DNA of 64,000 nt, taken from positions 310,001 to 374,000 of the forward strand of contig RSEE01000019.1 of the NCBI GenBank assembly GCA_003971905.1, written 5' to 3'. Under the pieces are notes generated by a model. It saw only the letters and a list, made by a program, of their open reading frames with translations. It ran no database searches and was not told where the DNA came from. Position 1 is the stretch's first letter. The number at the start of each line of letters is the position of its first letter. A program made the position numbers and the translations under genes. The stretch is from Moniliella sp. 'wahieum' (lineage: Eukaryota). Shown here piece after piece: positions 54,008 through 64,000 of this stretch.

Positions 54008-57000
54008 ATGCCGACAGGAGACAATCCCGTTGGTCTGAACCAGTCATCTACTGCTGGCAACACTTCGTTACGGGCACCGAATAGCCCAACCATCAAACGC
54101 AAACCCGTTCCACCTAGACTGCAAACTGCCATTGACGGGGATGTAGACGAGGCCACCCCGACAAAGAATGCCAAGATTATGTCGATACGGACTGCCTCAA
54201 CCACAGTGTCTTCTCCACCTCAGGCATTACGGGGGGGGCATACGGCAAACGCGCCAGAGCATACGGGTCCTACCACTGGCACAAATGTTTCTACTGCCGG
54301 ATCTCCCTCAGAAACAACTCCATCAAACACCCAGCTACCCTCTCGTCTGGTCAAGTGCGCCGTGGTGGACATGGTCGCACCCCGAGCAGTGAAAGTGCTA
54401 AGGGGCTACAGAATTTTGTCTTCCCCAGTCAAGGCCGTGTTACACCTGCTGACATGGGTGGGCGGAGTACTCCGGGATCTATGAACGCTGCCCCTGGCAC
54501 GACGACACCTGAGCCTGGCGCTTACTTCACCCCGCCTCGGAGTGCTGCAGGATCGATAAACTCCTTTTATGACGCTCCGGCCACTCCCGGAAACGGAAGC
54601 CGTCCAGCTTCTGTTGTTGTCCCAAGCAGCCCCGTGTCTCCGTCTATCAACTCTAAATTCTCTCCTGCTTCTCCTACCCGGACCATTTTCCCAACTTCAC
54701 CTGGCTCCCCATCGTCATTGACCCGGCAAGCAATCAATCGGAACGCAAGTGTTGCTCGCAGCGCCTCTTTGGGACATGGATTCCACCGTCCTCGCCACTC
54801 ATCCGGTACAGGCCATATGCCTACGGTCCAAGAGGGTTTAAACCGTGCACGTAGTCATGGTCATACCCGCCGCGTCTCTCAGTACGATGACCCGGTGAAC
54901 CACGGTCTTATGAGCTTAATCGGGTTTGATTCAGCCTATCCCTCCCCTGCTCTCAATGCCCACACATCCACCAAACGGATAACCTCGACGCACGGTGGCT
55001 CTGCCGTACCATCCCATCCCTCTTCAGTAACTGGATCAAGCGACAAACTCGACAGCCCATTTGCGGCAGAGCTTCCCCAGCCTGGAAGCCAGAAGGTGAG
55101 CAGCAGCGGCTCGGGCAGCGGCTCGGTGCATCACAGTTATGGCCACGAAGACCATGGTACAGGCTACTCCTCTCCTATCCGATCCAGCATCAACTCAAGT
55201 GGTGAACCACACTCCAACACTCTAGTCGCCTCTTCTGATGGGAGTACTTGTGGCAAGTACCACCCCATTACGCGTGATGGAACTGGGAAGATGGGTTTCC
55301 GTGACATTATCGACATTGCAACCATGAGTCCTCTGTCCTTCGACCGTCTGGATGAGGTGGAATCGGACGACGACCTTCATGATCCTGAAAAACTAGAGGA
55401 TGCGCTTCACCGAAAGATTTCCTTGCGCAGTTGGCGCGCAGGCCGTCGCAAGACCGGACATGAATACCGTGAGGCTATCAAAGCGGAGGAGAATCGGGCC
55501 GAGAAGGATGATGTCGCCGGCCCCCCTCCTGGCAAAAAAACTGAGGCAAAGAGGGTGGGAATTCGGGCCTTCCTCAATGTTGGAAGCATGCTGATCGTGA
55601 CACTGGGCGTACTCATGCTTTTTGCTGGCTACCCAATTTACAGTCACTACAAACTGTACAGCTATCACAAGTACGGTGCTTACCAAATTGGAGGTACTAA
55701 TGCATCGGGCCAAGTAGGGCAAGTCCCTGGCATTCGCACTCCTCTCATCGACCCTGACACTCCCAAAGATGCCTACACCCGCGTGGGACAAGATGGTGTT
55801 ACCAAATACGAGCTGGTCTTCTCGGATGAGTTCAACACCCCCGGGCGCAGTTTTACCCGGAGATGTAAGTCAATCTTGGTTCAAAAGCGCAACCAGAAGT
55901 ATTATACTGACACGATTTCTTTCCACAGGATCCCTTTTGGGAAGCCGTCAACCTGCACTACTGGCGTGAGTACAGCTTTCCCCTGCATATACCCGACTCG
56001 AACACGATACTAACCTATACCTCGATTGCGAACAGAACGAATAATTACGAGTGGTACGACCCGGCGGCGGTCACTAACCCAAGACGGGGCACTTTCCATC
56101 ACTCTCAGCCAACACCCGGACCACGACCTCAACTTCCGTGGTGGTATGATCCAATCGTGGAACAAGTTCTGCTTTACTGGCGGAATGATTGTGGTTAGTG
56201 TTCGCCTTCCTGGCCAGGCTGGTGTTGGGGGGCTATGGCCCGCCATCTGGATGATGGGTAATCTGGGACGTGCCGGATACGGTGCATCTCTTGACGGCAC
56301 CTGGCCCTACACTTATGACTCGTGCGATACAGGTACCCTGGCAAACCAGACAGATCCAGCTACTGGTATGTACCTCTTTTCCATATTTTAGCCACCACGT
56401 GCCTTTCTGACATTCAAACCACTCTTTTACTACAGGTTTACCCAACAGCACGACTCTTGGAGATTGTGGTTTTAACAGTCAGTTCCAGAGCAAGGCCTTA
56501 AGCTATCTGTCCGGCCAGAAGCTTTCTTCGTGCACTTGCCCTGGCGAGGACCACCCTGGACCGCGGCACAAGGATGGTACCTTCAAGGGTCGTGCTGCAC
56601 CTGAACTTGACATTTTCGAGGCTCAGATCAGCGACACACATGAGATGACCGTCAGCCAGAGTCTGCAACTGGCTCCCTTCAACGCCTATTACAAGCTATC
56701 GCAGCCAGCGGAGCTGTTCAGCAACGCTTCTTGGGTCAACACGTATACCGGGGAGCTGACGCAGCAAGCAGCCTCTGGTATTACGCCAACGGACCAGACG
56801 GCCATACAATATCTTCCCGATGGTTCCTTGGGCGGGTTCTCTGAGTATGGTGTTGAGTATGTTCCGGGGTATGACGGATTTATCAAGTGGAACGCCGGCG
56901 GAAAACCTGCATGGATGATCAACTCAACCCACCTCCAGGCCGACCTATTGGCTGGTATTTCGCGTCGACCGGTACCCGAGGAACCATTGTACATTATTAT

Positions 57001-57454
57001 GGTACGTCTCCCTTCTTCTGTGCCGCAAACTGGATTGCTGACAGGCTCTTTCAATCGCTGGCAGAACCTGGGTATGAGTTCAAACTTTGGGACGATCAAC
57101 TGGGACCAACTCCGGTGGCCAAACCGGATGGACATCGACCATGTGCGTGTTTATCAGGAGCCCGGCAAAACCAACGTTGGTTGCGACCCAAAGGACTTCC
57201 CCACACGGGACTATATCAACCGGCATATTGAGGCATATACGAACCCCAATTTCACCCTCTGGGGCAACACACGCGAAGAAGGTGGTTATGGGAAGGAATG
57301 GCCTCGGAACAGGCTTTATCCTGGCGGATGCAATGCTCCTGCGTCCACTTTGCCCGGTAGTGTGTTGCATCCAATGCCTCGTGCCAAGACATATGAGGGC
57401 TGGCAAATTGGCCAGGACCCGTCCCTCTGTGCAGTCCCCAACACCAAGCAGTGA
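54008..57454 (+). CDS. KRE6: KRE6/SKN1 beta-1,6-glucan synthesis-associated GH16 type II membrane protein; about four introns; frameshifts
   Basis: DDDLHDP; TM NVGSMLIVTLGVLMLFAGYPI; LIDPDTP; LVFSDEFN; GGMIQSWNKFCFTGG; GLWPAIWMMGNLGRAGYGASLDGTWPYTYDSCD; catalytic GRAAPELDIFEAQ; IDHVRVYQ; GCDPKDFPT. Confidence 0.95.
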
Positions 57455-57979
57455 TATGCGCGCTTTCCCAGTCTGGACGTACTACATCTACTTACCATCC
57501 CTCCACACCTGCCGGCTCTCCCTTTTTTTTCTATGTGAACAACTTCTACCAGCACCTTGATGTGGTGTACCATCCCCACTCACCTCCTCTTGCACGATTG
57601 TGTTGCGCTTCGGCACGCGCTATTGCCTTTTTTGCATGTGAAACGCTTGTTTCTCAGTATCATTTGTGTGGTCTACACCTACCTATAATGTTCCCCTTTG
57701 TCCCTGTCTCTTTTGAGCTTCTGTGAATAGAACACACGGGCGACTCAATTAGCATGTTGAACTCATCGAACTCATCTGTGGCCGTAGTGACAAAACTATA
57801 TAAGCTTACTCTTTTCTCCGTTATCAGGGGCGTAAAGCCCTGTTTCTTCTAGGTGTGAAGACATGAGGCCGGCTCAGACCTATACCACCACCATCGCCAT
57901 TGCATTGCTCCTCTCCAAAGGTTGTCCACACCCAATCCCTTGGGTTTTCCTTCAGGCTTGCATCCAGGCCTGCAGTGGC

Positions 57980-59072
57980 TCAACCTAAATGGGTGTCTTG
58001 AGGACGGATCACGACCTTGATCCCGCTCACTCCGTCCTTGTTTTTCTTTAGCGCAGCTGGCAGACCGTTGAGGCCGCCAGGGGTTACTTCAGGACGGTTG
58101 GGAAAGAACTCTCCGCGCTCGAGCCAGCCGCTGACAGCGGCAACAAACTTCTCTGCCAAGGGGCGCAACTCGGGCGAGTGGCCAACGCCCATCACTGGCT
58201 TGAACTGAATCGCGGGAGTGGCCTCCGCCGCAGCCTTGAGGCTGGGCTCGGTAGGGGGCAAGACTGTGAGAATAGGAAGCACGGTGGTGCTGTTGGTCAC
58301 TTCGTTGTGCTTCTTGATAATCTCCACCGCCAAAGCTTGCGAGTCATCGGTGGAGACAGCGTCCGAGGTGGCGACTAGAGTCTTGCCATCCAATGCTTGC
58401 ACAAAGTCGTTCACGGTTGCCGTGTGACGGTTAAGGACAACATCTGCACCCAACTTCTTGAGCCACGCCGTGTGGGCAACGGACGAGTTGGTGACCACGC
58501 GGAAGCCCGACAGACGAGCGAGCTGGATTGCATATTGCCCCACGCTAGACGAACCACCGAGGACGATCACTGCCTTACCCACCCGTCTGGGAACCGCCCT
58601 GATCCCAAGGGGCAGGAGAGATAGCAGCACCTTGTTCAGCATACAGTCCAGTCCAGGCAGCGGCAGCCGCCAAGCAAATCCCCGCCGCCTCGTCGTCCGA
58701 AACGTTGGGTGGGGTACGAGCCAAGAGGGATGCGGGTATCGTGACGTATTGCTGGAATGTGGAGCGCTCAATGTTGCCGAGGAGGCCCTGGAAAAAGACG
58801 CGGTCGCCAACCTTAAGAAAAAGGACAGAGTGGGTCAGCTTCGAGTAGTCGTAACTAAAATGTGCGTACCTTCAATTCTTTCACGTCTGCGCCCACTGTA
58901 ACGACCTTGCCCGCCGCGTCGGAGCCCAGGACGGTGGGAGGAGTGAGGAACAAGCCATGCTCGACGATTTTCCAGTCAGCCGGGTTGATCGCAGTGCTGA
59001 TGACAGCCACCAGAGCCTCATCGGCAGCGGGAGTAGGAACAGGCCGGGTCTCAACCACAGGCGGGACGCCTT
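57980..59072 (-). pseudogene. MDR-superfamily zinc-independent enoyl-reductase-like gene (LovC/YNL134C-like), 5' end removed by an insertion; intron ~58812-58869
   Basis: VETRPVPTPAADEALVAVISTAINPADWK, VLGSDAAGKV, GDRVF, TFQQY, VLGGSSSVGQYAIQLARLSG, GVSGIKVVIRP. Upstream of GVPPVVE the frame hits TAA with no ATG, right where the AT-rich element end begins. Confidence 0.75.
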
Positions 59073-59159
59073 CACGGGCGGGTGTGAAAAATTAAAATTT
59101 CGCTTAGATGACCACATCACCCAAAAATGAGTAAATTTTTCCGAATATTACCTTCGGCA

Positions 59160-59476
59160 CTTTGGCCACATGAGGTCAAGCGCTTTGGCCCAAGAGGTCA
59201 AGCGCTTTGGCCACATGAGATCAAGCGCTTTGGCCACATGCGTTCAAGCGCTTTGGCCACATGAGATCAAGCTTTGGCCACATGCGCTCAAGGCTTTGGC
59301 CACATGCGCTCAATGGCTTTGGCCACATGCGCTCAAGCGCTTTGGCCACGCTCAATGGCTTTGGCCACATGCGCTCAATGGCTTTGGCCACATGCGCTCA
59401 ATGGCTTTGGCCACATGCGCTCAATGGCTTTGGCCACATGCGCTCAAGCGCTTTGGCCACATGCGCTCAAACGCTT
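59160..59476. repeat. Subterminal tandem array, 14 copies of a ~23-bp unit CTTTGGCCACATGCGCTCAA(GCG/TGG)
   Basis: Counted 14 occurrences of CTTTGGCC. Left copies carry GAGG/GAGA in place of GCGC, and several copies have small deletions. Confidence 0.97.
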
Positions 59477-61309
59477 AGCTGTTGATTGGATGCGTGCTTG
59501 TAGGCTTTCTAACCGGCTGGTTGGATGGGGCTGGCATCGATCCAGAACTACTAGATTTATAGGCAGGGTAGGTATTTCTTAGGTATAGAATGCATTCGAA
59601 GATCGCTGGGAAGCGATGACACGGCAACCACGGTTAGGTGTGACGTCAGACGGAAGCACCACAACATAGTAGAGCAGTGAGCGGTACAGAAAGTGGCAGG
59701 TTAGTATGAGGGGAGCGCGCACTAGGGAGACGCTGGCCAAGTCAGCAGCAGCATGGGGTTAGCGAGAGACACAGAAAATGTGCGACGGACTCACAGGTCA
59801 GGCGATCAAGAGGGCCAGTAGCGAGGTCAAGCGGGATGAAGGCGGAATGTACACTGGTAGGGCGAACAAGGTTAGGAACAGCGTTGGCATATAACAGAGA
59901 AGGGACGTACGACGGCGAAAAAGGTCAGATGAGTCGAGGCGAACAAGACGAGACGAACCAACCGTGGGATTCCGTGCATGCAGAGCAGCTGGGTAGATAG
60001 TGTCAGTGGCAGGACAACTCCAAGCGCGAAGTACGGGGGACATACGATGGCAAGGCAGGCCAGCCAAGCGAGAGGACCTCAGGCGAGGCAAAATGGAACC
60101 AGACGGACAAGGCCGAAGGTGAGCGAAACGGTGCATGCACATCACGCATGCTACCCACAAGGTCAGCAGAAGTGTGGGGAATGCGAAGGAAGCGGGCACG
60201 TACGATGGCGCTGCGGATCAGGTGAAACGAGGGCAAGATGGCCACCGAGGGGGTGTCTGTGTAGGCGGGGTCAGCAACAGAGCGCTGGTGGGCAAGAGAA
60301 CACATACGACAAAAGCAATGCAGACAGTGAGAGGGGGCCGGGGCGAGAGGCAGAGGGGGCGTTCACCAGCGATACTGACGAGGCGAGGAGGACGGAGTGT
60401 GGCGGGAGAGGGAATGGAGACGTACGGCAGCAATGCAGACCAGGCGCGGAGAACCGAGCGATGGGGACGGGACTAGCAAGGCGGGCAGTAAGCAGTGCAG
60501 GCAACAACGATGGTGATGTTAGTGGCCAGGGGAAGAAGATGGTGCTGTTGCGCCGTGGCACAGCAGAGCACTCTGAGATGTGTTGGCTGCAGAGATGGGA
60601 TACTGGTTGCTGCGGGCGCAATGAGAGGGGCGGTGGTGAGGAGACAGGATGCAACCACAGAGGAGCAGGAGGTTAAAAGGAGGCGCGTGTGGCGCAGCCA
60701 CATTCTGTGCGCACAGACCAATCTGGACCACGCCAGGGGCCTAGGTAAGCTATTATATCTGTCTATTAACGCCACAACACTAGCGGCCCCCTGCAGCAGT
60801 GTTCAAGGGTCTAATCATCAATCAAGCTTCAAGAGCGCTCTCTTGAGTTTGCCGATTTGCGACTTGCTGTAGTACTAGTTGTCTCTGTTGCGACGGTGAC
60901 TGGTTACTGGCTTCGCCGAACGCGACGCACTTGCAGCTTCTCTAGCCCCGAGGCTCCGCGGGCTCCGAAGACTGCTGATGCGCGCGTACCCGCGTAAGCC
61001 AACGACGAATAGCCTGTCCAGTATAGCCCTCTCGTCCTGCTTCCTACCACCAACGCCTATCTCTCGCCCGCAATCGATCGTTTACGCTACTGTCCCAAAC
61101 GCTTCAGCATTCATTGCGGTCTCCATAGCCGGGTGAATCGCTATACAGGTCACGATTATCCTCACTTGATCCATACTAGTGGCCTACGGTGTTACATCAA
61201 GCTTCAAGTGAATGGGCACCACATGACTTCTTATGTTCACGCACGATGCACCAAAGTCCTTGCGCAGGCCGAATGAATGGTCAGTGCTATATCACTGGGA
61301 GGAGCTCCT

Positions 61310-62721
61310 CTAAGTCTTCGGAACTGCGTTCAGGTCCGGGAGCAGCATCGAGCAATGCGGATACACGTCCGCCGGGCCGCCTGCAACGTTTAGCTGACTC
61401 TGCAGCGTGTTCACATATGTGGTGGCATCTGGTGGTGTGTTCGAAGACAAGTTGTTAAACTCTTTTTCCACCCTCGTCCACTGGGCCTGGGCTGTTCGCT
61501 CAGTAGTGTCGCTGCCGTTCTGCGTGAAAACCTGAAGGCGCGCCATGGCAATATGGACAAGGGCAAATTTTTTCACAGCGCACGCTGGAAACCGCTTGAG
61601 ATGAGCCGGGAGCGTGTTGCGCATGTTGCCCAACTTCCCCCAGGTCTCACGAATGTAGCCGTCCAGGTTGAACACCGTCCTGTCGGCCTGCGTTGGATGA
61701 GGGCCTTGATGGCGGTACTGGAAATGGGTTAGGAGGGGTTAGCTGCAATCCTGGACACATAATGAGAGATTATGCGCACTCGATGCAGTAAATCATGCCG
61801 CAGAGTATTCCAATGAGGAGTCAGGACCTTCTTGAGCTCATGGAGAAAGTCGTCCATACGTCCTCTCCAAGCGAGGTCAAGAGGTATGCACAGGAGTTGC
61901 CGCTCGCGCGGTTGCCGTAGCAAGTGGGACACGCGCGACCACAGGTGGGCATTGCTAGTAATGGACGCATTCGGGGCGCACCACACGATGATCGCAAGGG
62001 CAGCAACCCACGTCTGCAGGCATTGAAGTTAGTCCTATAATAACCAATGAAGAATATGAGGCGAGCATACCTTGTTTGCATCCAAGAACGACCGGTAACC
62101 CTGGGGGCTCGCATTGGCAGACGCCATCAAGTTCTGATAATGAGTCTCCATTCTAGTCTCGATGCGTTCCATACGATCGTTCATGTGGTTGACAGCCCCT
62201 ACGAGCATACGCAACGTCGTCACAATCTGGTCGGTATTAGACCCTTCCTGTAAATCTCCCTCGTTGAAGAGGGAAGGGACGGCTGGAAATGATCCTTCCC
62301 GTTGGGCCCTGGGCATCGTATCATCGCCGTTGTCGAGCAAAGTGTCGATAGTTGGAAACATCTCGCCGAAAGTGCTCATCGCGCTGTTCCCATCGTTTTC
62401 GGTATCAGGAGCCGGAGTTTCCCCCTCCGTTACGGCCTCCTGGGTCATATCATCATCCACGTCGATGTTTCCTGTGGTGGTCATGTCCAAGGCATTGTTT
62501 GCATCCTCGCCATGGTACTGGGCTTGGGTTAGAATAACATTATTCTCAGAGGGAGCTGTCCCTTGCTGCGACAGTGTTGTCGGCCGCGCCTGGCGTGTCG
62601 CCCTCGCAGCAGAAAGCGCTGATCCAGGACGGACAGAAGGTGTGCCCGCCCCTGCCAACGAGGTGCGGCGCCGGAGAGGAATCCGACTGGGGGTTCCTCT
62701 TCTGACAATTGGAGGGGCCAT
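61310..62721 (-). CDS. Unknown ~430-aa protein inside the transposon; exons 62071-62721, 61780-62013, 61310-61717
   Basis: Two GT-AG introns (62014-62070 and 61718-61779), both with CTAAC branch points, join three ORFs in frame without correction. Basic then acidic disordered N-terminus, coiled-coil-like LRMLVGAVNHMNDRMERIETRME, helical C-terminal domain. Confidence 0.75.
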
Positions 62722-63436
62722 TGTCGGTACAGTTGGTAAGCTGTATAAGCACAACGGTGTTGGTTGGGAAGGAAGTTGTAATGCGCTTATACACAAGGAG
62801 GACCACCGGGCCTACGGCCCGGTCAGCTGGGGCTTCGCTCCAGCTTGATGCTGCGTCGCCACCTTAGCACCTTTTCCACTTCGCCACCGTAGCCACCGTT
62901 CCACGGTCGCCAACACCGACATAGAGAAAATATAACCGATGCTTGCTGGCTGCAGGGGGCGTGGAAGGTGGCACGGGGCAGCTGATGTTAAAAGTGCACA
63001 GGGCGAATCGAGGGATAATATAGGACCGGATGGTGAGAACCGGAGGGTCCTGATATCCTGGCGATCCCTCTGGTTCCTTAACCTTGGTGGCGCATCCAAC
63101 AAGCAACCCCCGCAAGATGAACGGTTATTAGGTTTAGACGCAGGGTTCCCCCTGTCCCAGCCTTACGCTCTGTCAATGAAATAGACGCGATCTAGGGATA
63201 TTGTGAGAAGAGCCGCATCAGTATGGTCTGTGTGTTTCGACCAGGGTCTATCGCGCCCCGTGCAGTTCAAGGAGCTCCGATGTTGTAACCATTAATTCAA
63301 TTTAACTTTTGCGTTTTCTTTTCCCAAGATGCATGATCTCCGCATCCCTAAGGTATAGCCTCTGTTGCTCTTTTTGATGCATCCTTGTATTAGGCGTGTC
63401 GTTGGCTGGTGGCGTATTCGACCACCACGACCAACA

Positions 63437-64000
63437 CTATAGTGCTATCGCATCACCCATTAGGGTGGCCATCTGGACTGCCACTCTCATCAGATAGGGG
63501 ATCACGAATGTAATACGCCTTGGAAGAGCATCAAAAAGAAGCGGGAGAGCGTGCGTCTCTGGTCTGTATGGGACAGGGGGGGCAAGGTTTAAGGTTGGAG
63601 GGCCGCGATTGTCTGTCGGGCCGGTGGCAAGAAAAGCACCCACACCCATGCATCATGTACAACCCATCGCCCATCCTTACCAAGTCGCCACCGCCATGCT
63701 TCGACCTCGGCTCAGTGGTGCCGCCCGATGGAACAAGCTCGCACACGTGCACAATGGGACAGAAGCATCTGCTGTACCTGTTTCCTCGGCCTGGTCCACG
63801 GTGCAGCAGAACGGGAGGTTGCTGTTCCAGTGCCGTGCTTGCCCAGTTCGACCGATGACCCAGTTTGATGCACTCAAGCACGCGAAGGTGCGCAAGCACA
63901 TCCATAACGTGGTGCTGGGTGCGAGGATGGGGGCTAGTCACGCCCACGCCATTGACGAGGTGGCCGAAGATGCGAGCATGCCCCCCCAGCCACCTAACGC
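63437..64000 (-). CDS. C-terminal fragment of an upstream element ORF, possibly the transposase; 5'-partial, frame uncertain
   Basis: Open frame entering from the window edge (WLGGHARIFGHLV...VMDVLAHLRVL). Position and orientation upstream of the accessory gene fit a TnpD-like gene; sequence similarity is weak and from memory only. Confidence 0.3.

Larger units (their letters stand above)
59073..64000 (-). mobile_element. Probable CMC/EnSpm (CACTA-like) DNA transposon; one end in the window, continues beyond the right edge
   Basis: Abrupt junction inside a host gene starting CACGGGCGGGTGTGAAAAATT (CAC terminus typical of the CMC superfamily), a subterminal tandem array ~90 bp inside, then two co-oriented minus-strand coding regions. 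No DDE catalytic core is visible in the window. Confidence 0.6.

Noticed and set aside
1259..57454. Functional clustering of splicing genes (PRP21, SMD1) or cell-wall genes (GH79, chitin synthase, KRE6)
   Set aside because: Separated by 10-25 kb and by unrelated genes; compatible with chance.
59160..59476. CRISPR array
   Set aside because: Units are contiguous with no unique spacers, there are no cas genes, and the context is a spliced eukaryotic genome.
59170..59582. Repetitive ORFs (FGHMRS.../ALATCAQ...) as real proteins
   Set aside because: They are translations of a 23-bp DNA repeat whose period is not a multiple of three.
59798..60872. ORFs in the purine-skewed part of the transposon
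   Set aside because: Strong compositional skew and low-complexity translations in all frames; more like a UTR or spacer than a gene.

Overview
Eukaryotic, GC-rich, intron-poor fungal DNA, most consistent with a basidiomycete: the fatty acid synthase is fused across the ascomycete beta/alpha junction, and introns are short GT-AG with CTAAC/CTGAC branch points. Many housekeeping genes carry single-base frameshifts, which points to an unpolished assembly, so CDS boundaries are approximate. Recognisable genes, in order: MET3 3' end, SF3A1/PRP21, a ~2,550-aa FAS chain (AT-ER-DH-MPT-ACP) that stops before KR/KS/PPT, SDH3, a membrane-anchored GH79, SmD1, a possible RING-H2 gene, an LCB3-type PAP2 phosphatase, chitin synthase, an S53 sedolisin, a Tos4/Plm2-like FHA protein, LEU1, a split-RING protein, KRE6/SKN1 and an MDR enoyl-reductase-like gene. 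The MDR gene's 5' end is cut off by a probable CMC/EnSpm-type DNA transposon. That element starts CACGGG, carries a 14-copy 23-bp subterminal array and an intact three-exon unknown gene, and runs off the right edge. Best leads: (1) the FAS split point with no partner gene in the window; (2) the transposon and its accessory gene; (3) a 4-bp TAGT duplication that truncates LEU1; (4) recurrent intergenic motif blocks (TTCAA heptamers, CTCAG/CTGAG, CATG, TGAC) plus a pair of B-box-like repeats. No rRNA, canonical tRNA or CRISPR array was supported. I cannot claim a confirmed new system from sequence alone.
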